Under the pieces are notes generated by a model. The model was not told where the DNA came from, did not search any database, and worked only from the letters and a program-made list of their open reading frames with translations. Both the position numbers and the translations under genes were made by a program. A stretch of DNA of 62,651 nucleotides, the filler included, from Asterionella formosa (taxonomy: Eukaryota), in the NCBI GenBank assembly GCA_002256025.1. It is 2 parts of 2 records of this genome, joined end to end, with 100 filler letters (N's around TTAATTAATTAA, not from the genome) between each part and the next. Parts side by side here need not be neighbours in the genome. Positions count along the whole stretch, not along the records: positions 31,391 to 62,651 come from NKIB01000728.1; 1 more part is not named here. The stretch is one strand, 5' to 3'. Positions 55,551 through 62,651 of this stretch are shown here, piece by piece. Within the stretch, counting starts at the first letter, position 1. Every line of letters begins with the position of its first letter.

Positions 55551-58500
55551 ATGGGAATTACCTCAGTCATGCGTTGTCAACCCTTGAAAACGAAAATAGT
55601 CTTGCCTACCTTCAATGTTGGGCTTACCCTTGCTGTTTGATACTCGTTCCTTTTCGATTGCGTTCTGTTGCTCAATATCAACAAGAAGCTCTCTGTAGAA
55701 CCTCAGTGTTTCATCATTCTAGCAAAAAATCAACCCATTGACTTGGCATGGACTGTTTCCATTGCATCCCTTTGCAGATCCGCCAATCAAAACAATTTCT
55801 TCATAGGTAGTGGCGTTAAGGAACTTTTCAGGAATATCAGTATGCATCTTCATCCATATCTCCATCCAGATACTGAAAATTTTTCAGGGTGCTGTTAACT
55901 ATAAATTTACCAAGAACACTCAGGAAAGTATAGGCCTCTGGGCTGGGATGAATGGAATCACCAACATGGGTGCCATGAAGAAGACACTTTCCTTGCTTGC
56001 TGAGCCTGTGCTTGAAGGATCTTACTGGAACCAGTAAGTAATGGTCGTGACTCTTGATTCCTGTTCGAAAGAAGCTGATAGGAGCTAATAATAGGAGGAA
56101 AGCCCAGTAGTACTTGGAGGAACAATCACAAGTGTCCAGGTGAACTGGTACAGAGAAGTAACCCAAAAAATAAAATCGGATTTATTATACTCTGTAAAGT
56201 TGGTTTCGGTTACACCAACTAACAAAGAGAAGAGAAGAAGCAAACAAATATAATCAAAAAGCACACAATAAGGAATCCAAATAAACTTACTCAAAACTGA
56301 ACAAATGAAATGGTTCAATGTCAATTGGAAGTAATGATATGTTTAATGCACATTCCTCCAAACGTACGGTCAAAGTACTCTTTTCTTTCCTTAGTACTTC
56401 TTACAGATAGAAAATCGGTTCCTCTATGAGAAACTTCTTCAACACCATTCCAGATGAAATCCTCCAATTCAGAATCATCCTTAATGGCAACAGCGATTTT
56501 GGGATGACGTTTCAACAAGAACGAAATGCACAATCTTGCATACCAATGACTTGTTGGACTTGATATTCCAATACTGCTTGGCATACATGTTTTAGCAGGA
56601 TGTTTGTAAGAATGTAAGGACAATGAAAGTAAAAATGGTTGGTAACGATATCAAAAACAAGGTGATTTGAGGAGATTTAAATATGTACATGAACTCACCT
56701 GGGTGTGACAAAATTTTCTATTGTAAAATATTTCAACAACTACTTTGGTTGCAAGAGAGGAAGTTATTGATGCAACTATATCGTCTTGTATAAACAGTAG
56801 TGGCAAGGCTGGAATCTTTGTATCCACTGATAGAAGAGTTATTCAGGGAAATTTTGCGTTCCAATAGGGCAATCTTATTATGAAAGTTGTTGAACATAAA
56901 ACAACAACAGATAATGATGCATCTGATCTATCACTGTTTCACGGCTAAGGCGGAATGGCGATATATATTTGAGATTGTCGCCATTATCGAGATGTAACTC
57001 CATAATATTTGTCTTTGGTTTATTAGAGACTGGTGAATCATCACTCCTTCCTTGAATGGGTGGATAAAAAGGCGGCACCTTCTTGTTACCAGGAGAGGAC
57101 AGTTCTGACAAAATATCATCATTGTCAGAATCTGAATCTTGATGATGATCTCGCTGTTTTGTTGAAGCAGTATTATTTGTTACAAACTCTTTGTACTCAT
57201 GAGACAATTTCGTTCCAGGAGTAACCAAATGCCTGCTATGTTTGACATGAGTAGGAAGCCTTTTTTCCGAGTCTTTTCATCCAGGTTACTGTTGCGGTAC
57301 TTCTTCTGAGACAAGTTATCAACTCTAGAATTGCCGCTTCTTTTTATTCCTCTACCCGACATGACGATAACAATGTACAGGGGTCAAGATAAATGGGCCA
57401 CTGATGCTTTAAAATCAAAGAATGAAACAATAATAAAAGAGAAAAGTCTGATGTTATTTTTGGCACGCCAAGATTGAAAAGGGAGTTGGTCTCTTTGATC
57501 ATACAGAAATGTTAATTTATCATTCATTACATACCTATGTTATAATTTGAGTACTTCGGCATTATACCATAATAATGCACCTCAAATGTTTTCAATCATG
57601 TTCAAATACCTACTGTTACTATTGATCAATACCTTAGCCAAACTTGAACATTAATACAGTACCGACAGGAACATAGACGAAATGTACGGTACCCCCTGGT
57701 ACCAGGGTAGTTCCCGTTTGGAAAACGGTGACGTACGAGGTCCTGTTACTGTACTCTACTGAGCATCATGTAAATTCCAGTATTCCTCCATCATGTAAGT
57801 ACAGTAAAATTTGACGGTAGGTGTATGTACCTATGATACATGGTGTCCACTGTGCACTATATAGGATATGATAACTGGAAGTATATCGGGTACCATATTC
57901 GAATTCCTGTTAAGTCTTGTATATTTTATCTAATCATACATACTGGTAGGGTATTAAATTTTCCTTCAAAAAAATTACTAGACATACAGAGATGTATGTT
58001 ATACACACTTTTTGAAGAAGAGGAAATGTTGAGATATTGTTAAAGAATTCATACCAGTAATGCCTTCTATTCCACGTAACAAACTGATGAGGGAATGGTG
58101 ATCGAGAGCCTTCTACCGGCATCAAACCAACCGGTGGGAAGAGGTAAGTTATATGATTGTTTTGCTTCTCAACTGTGGCTACCAAAGGGCTTATGGTTGG
58201 TACCGTGTGAGACCGGAAGCAAACTATAAAATTGTATTGCTGTCCGTGTGCGCTGCCTGCCACTCAAAGTTGCTACACTTCTTCCTCAGGATGAACGATA
58301 AAAATCAACCTAATTACGAGGTAAGAAACCGCACTTAATATGTTTGTGCACAATGCATGCTGCAGAGGGTTTGCAGTGTCTATGTCCATTAATTAGGATT
58401 TCGACATTAACAACGCTACCCTGTCACCCATCAATCAACAGTGAGAGCATAGGTAAGTTACTATAATCTCATTTGATACTCGCTTGTTATGTCGATTGGA

Positions 58501-59497
58501 ACGTGAAGTGCGTTATATAGATTGTTTATGTCATCAGATCGTGGCACATGTGTGGCTGGAGATGCTTTAATCGTTGCAACACTTTTGCTAACATTGATAT
58601 TATTTCCTCAAAATCATACAGGAACCTCGGAGAATGTCGCTTGCTACCATTCTTAATGGAAGCAACAATCAACCATGAGAGCACAGGTAAGTAATATGCA
58701 CATTACCTGGTGCTCATACGGAAATTGGAGTGATGGATTGTTCATCTGATTGTTTCGTTGCACATATCTACTCTACGTTTAGATGCCTTGCTTACTTGAT
58801 GCAACAGTTTTGCTAACATTGTTGTTATTATCTCTTACAGGAGAGTCGTACAAGAACATTGGAGAATGTGACTTGCTGCCATTCGCAATGGTAGAGGTTC
58901 GAATAAAGCATCATCAATTTCGTTTAGTCTCTCATTTCATTTTGAAAAGGCAATGATCTAAACATAGCTACCGGAAGTGAAATTAAGGTATTGAAGACCA
59001 CTGTGTGATCATTCTGATAGAGGAGGCACAGTGGAAAGTATGTGTGACCAGTAGTAGAATATTTGATTATTAAATAGCAATCCATTTAATTCGATTTATG
59101 TTCATCATTGATCGAACATGATAATAGGTTTGATCAATGAGAGAAATTAGTTAGATCAGTAGTAATGAACGTTAGATCGAAAGCTACAAATTATATTTGA
59201 TATTAGCATTCCAAAGGTTAGACTGAATGAATAACTGATTTGATCTCACGATTACTATCTTTAGATCGAACACCAAAATGTTAGTTGATAATAAGAGTGA
59301 GAGTGCTGTATTGATCATAAGCATATCATATGATCTATCGATTTGAAACGCATTGATATATATATATATATATATATATTGAGTGTATACTAAATGTGCT
59401 TCGTTTTTAATGTTACAAATGCAATCGAAAAGATATTACATAATATGTATGTGATCTATGCTAAGCATACGTAAGATCAATGATACAATATTGATCA

Positions 59498-59630
59498 ATC
59501 AATCAGTTTTTTGCATGATCAATCAGTATTTCTGTATGATCAATCAGTATTTTTGTATGAACAATCAGTATTTCTGTATGATCAATCAGTATTTCTGTAT
59601 GATCAATCAGTATTTTTGTATGATCAATCA
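59498..59630. repeat. About 6 x 21-bp minisatellite
   Basis: atcaatcagtatttctgtatg units. Confidence 0.95.
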
Positions 59631-61159
59631 AAAGATGGTACGTCATACTGAGAATTTTTGGGGCAGTGGGTCTTACAGCGAAACTGTTGGGCCTAATGGT
59701 TTTTTATTTACAGACAATCAGTACTCACACAGAAGGAGTCTCTCACATGTATATCCATATACCTGTACATGAAAATATATGGAGATCTATTCTATACAAT
59801 AATTGGTTACACATATCTACATATCCCTATGTACGACTGTCCTATTGCAACACGAATGATTCAAATTCAGATTGGATGGTTGCTGATGGTTTGCAGCCAG
59901 TTATGGTAAAAATAAATACATACATGTATGAATATACAGATTCTTATAATATTCTCTGAGACGATAAATATTATGCATGTAAGATAAAAAAATCGAATTT
60001 ATATTATTATATATTTGTCATTATAAGATGCATCACACAAATAAGATTTTTTCTTTTCGCAGACGCAATGATAATGGGGAAAAATTCAGTTCGTGCTGGT
60101 GTTGTGCCTGCAGGTGACAAGGTTGTGAGTTCTATGTTTCTGTCTTTAACCATTTCCTTTTCTGCACTGGAATCACTCTCATCAGAAGAAATTTTTACAG
60201 TGCTTTTTCAGATGATTCCTCCTCTAAAAAATTTTTGATTTGAGGAGCTCGAAGAACTAGAAGAACTAGATATCAACAAAAAGATTTCTTCCCATGCAAA
60301 AGAAAGTTATCAAAACATTATTTGTCACAGGCTTAAGCCAACCGCAATAATGACGTACACATCCTATGTGCATGAATAATCCAAATGCAAAGTGATTAGA
60401 TACAATACACAAAAGAGCTGCACCACCAGCCAGAGTTAGCATGACAACTTGAGTACATCCCCTAAGAGTAATCAGTTACCATTGGTACTAATAAGGGAAA
60501 ATCTCTATTTTATTACTACCAGGTCATATACTATCCTGCTATATCATATGCATGGTCTGCTATATATGCTAGGTATTTGGCATGCATTCTTCTAGGTACT
60601 ACCAGTACTTGCATGTGTGTTAGTACTGCTGACTGTGGTGTGGGGACAATGAGACAGTAAATCCATCTTGACCATGACGAAATTATTGGACTCAGAATAT
60701 CTTCACTAATATTGACAAAGAACAATTCCTATCTCGCAAGTATATTTAGAATAACATAGATGAAATAATCGCTCAAAAATGGAATTTTTTGCAGTAGTAT
60801 TGACAACAAAAATTTGAAATCGCCGCTAGAAGTTGTTTCTGGTCATCGTTTGCTCAGTTTTGAGGATGTGAACAAAAACGAGGCATCGTTGAGTCTGCGG
60901 TTAAAAATTTGATAAATTCTGTTAGATAATTATTTCTATCTGCTGTACGAATAGATGAGAAAACTTGAGCAATAGAAATCTAGGAGAGAGCACAAGAACA
61001 TCTCGAAATGCAAGAAACATGCATAAGGTAGAATTATGTACTGACTATCATGTTCATATTAATTTTTGTGGTTCATATTTCTATGGAACCTTGAAAAGGT
61101 CATTTTGCAGTTTTATAACGTGAACCCATATTCAAATGGTAATGACATCAAAATCGAGT

Positions 61160-61720
61160 ATACCCTACAAATTTGGATCTGACGGGAGAGTTGCCTGGTA
61201 GTGGCTCACATTCCTGTCACTGGGAGGCGATTATGTTTCTTCTGATACTAATTCTAAAAGACCGTTAAAGTCTTTGGCAGATATATTTGCTGATACAGGT
61301 GAAGTTACATCTTCTCCAGGCCGATAAGCCATTTCTCTAATGCATGCCCATACAGCATCATTAGCTGCCACATGGGTGATATCAGCAGTCCCACATAAGA
61401 TAGAGTTTGAAAATTCATTGAATTGGAATGGGTGAACCAGTTCTCCAAAGGAATCATTCACAAAGGAGGTTGCGCTTGCCTGTGCAAGGTGTTTGATGTT
61501 TTGTTGGAGAATCTGACTAAAAAATATTTCCTCAGAATCTTTGACAGTTTGAAATTCAACAATTTTCCCAGTGTCATCATAAATTGGTTTATCAATTCGA
61601 TTTAGCCCCGTGCAGATCTCCCCTTTGGCATATCGTCGTAATTTTGGCAAAGCTCTAGACATATACTATTCTGCTGATAGTATAGCCTTAAGTTTTCGAT
61701 TTTTGGTTTGTCTCCTTTGT
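61160..61720 (-). mobile_element. Decayed non-LTR retrotransposon fragment (pre-RT region, Ambal-like)
   Basis: ILQQNIKHLAQASATSF, SILCGT, ISAKDF, EET*SPPSDRNVSHYQ resembling the TSSSPSGRHYGHYK block. Confidence 0.6.
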
Positions 61721-62289
61721 TTTTCTCCTCTTCAACCCGGTTTTCCAAATATTGTTTCTTAAATGCCTGGAACATTGCAAATGAAATAAAATGTAATCTA
61801 GTATCAATAGAAACTAAATCAGGCTATGAGTCTTCCCAATTTTCACTCGGAGTGACAAAATGTGTTTTCTGTAGTTGATCTTGTTGGTGGTCGCCTTGCA
61901 ATAGGTGAGCCTGTGTTACAAAAGTCATTGCTGTAATACTCAACTCATTCACAGGTGAGTTGTAGTCATCTGACAAAGGGCTTGAGCGAGGAAAGACTTT
62001 ACTTTTCTTTGAGTAATACTCATTAACAAAATTCTCCCGCTTCCTTGTCCTCTGAGAAGACAAACTGTCTATCTCATTTGCATACAACAAATTGTACACA
62101 CGAGTATATGGAGAAACGGAATCCAGAATCAGCTTGGATGTAATGCTTGATGTCGAAATCGAGCATCACATCATCAGCATATCACTCACACAGAGAGCGA
62201 TATACTGGTATTGCAGCTGGTAGCACGATGATACATGTTTCACCAGTGAACTTACGGTATGTACTAGTAGGTATACTTTGTGAGGGAGT

Positions 62290-62449
62290 ATAAGGGTCGT
62301 TCTTATCATTTTCGATTTGGTATCATTTTTTTTGAAAAAGTATCATGTAACGGCTACTCGATTTAAACCGAAAAAATCCATTCTCCACAAAAATAAAAAT
62401 GAAATTGTATCACCCAAAAAGTATCACGAAAATTCAACGGTTACGGGCT
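62290..62449 (-). repeat. Inverted copy of the 37646-37774 repeat
   Basis: Ends caacggttacgggct; carries two short insertions relative to the 37.7-kb copy. Confidence 0.85.
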
Positions 62450-62651
62450 GGCTACAATCATGTGCATATCCCTCCAGGCTTCCCTCCAGACTATTTCGAT
62501 AATTTTCATTACTAAAACCATGTAGGAAAACTACGCGTATTATGTAGCAGTATGGAATATATAGCTGACATACCTGCTTAATTCTTGATTTGCCATGAGT
62601 CAACACAGACATGCAAGATCCTCTATACACTTCTTCTTACACTTCCGCTTG

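Overview
Eukaryotic nuclear DNA, most likely a diatom (inferred from CoDi-type Copia elements, an ASAF-like plastid targeting signal, a diatom-type HSF and compact, intron-poor genes). A gene-dense island (~7.1-30.1 kb) encodes an HSF, a SAM-methyltransferase-like protein, V-ATPase D, an HMG-box protein, NDUFB7, a PEX26/APEM9-like protein, an ankyrin-like protein, BOP1, an AhpC/TSA-like protein, TRAPPC12, a plastid protein and SART1. It is flanked by transposon-rich DNA: two tail-to-tail Copia 3' ends, a decayed Gypsy pol, two near-full-length decayed Copia elements with paired LTRs, LINE relics, Plavaka-like and hAT-like fragments, and tandem repeats. An artificial N44-TTAATTAATTAA-N44 linker at 31291-31390 joins contigs, so adjacency across it is unproven. 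Best lead: neither complete Copia has a recognisable tRNA primer-binding site. In the 39318-44914 element the 12 nt right after the 5' LTR are the exact reverse complement of a 12-mer inside its own LTR, with Tf1-like self-priming polarity. The 32455-37626 element has a 12-bp palindrome at that position and a non-canonical LTR end. All family assignments come from motif recognition by eye, not database searches.
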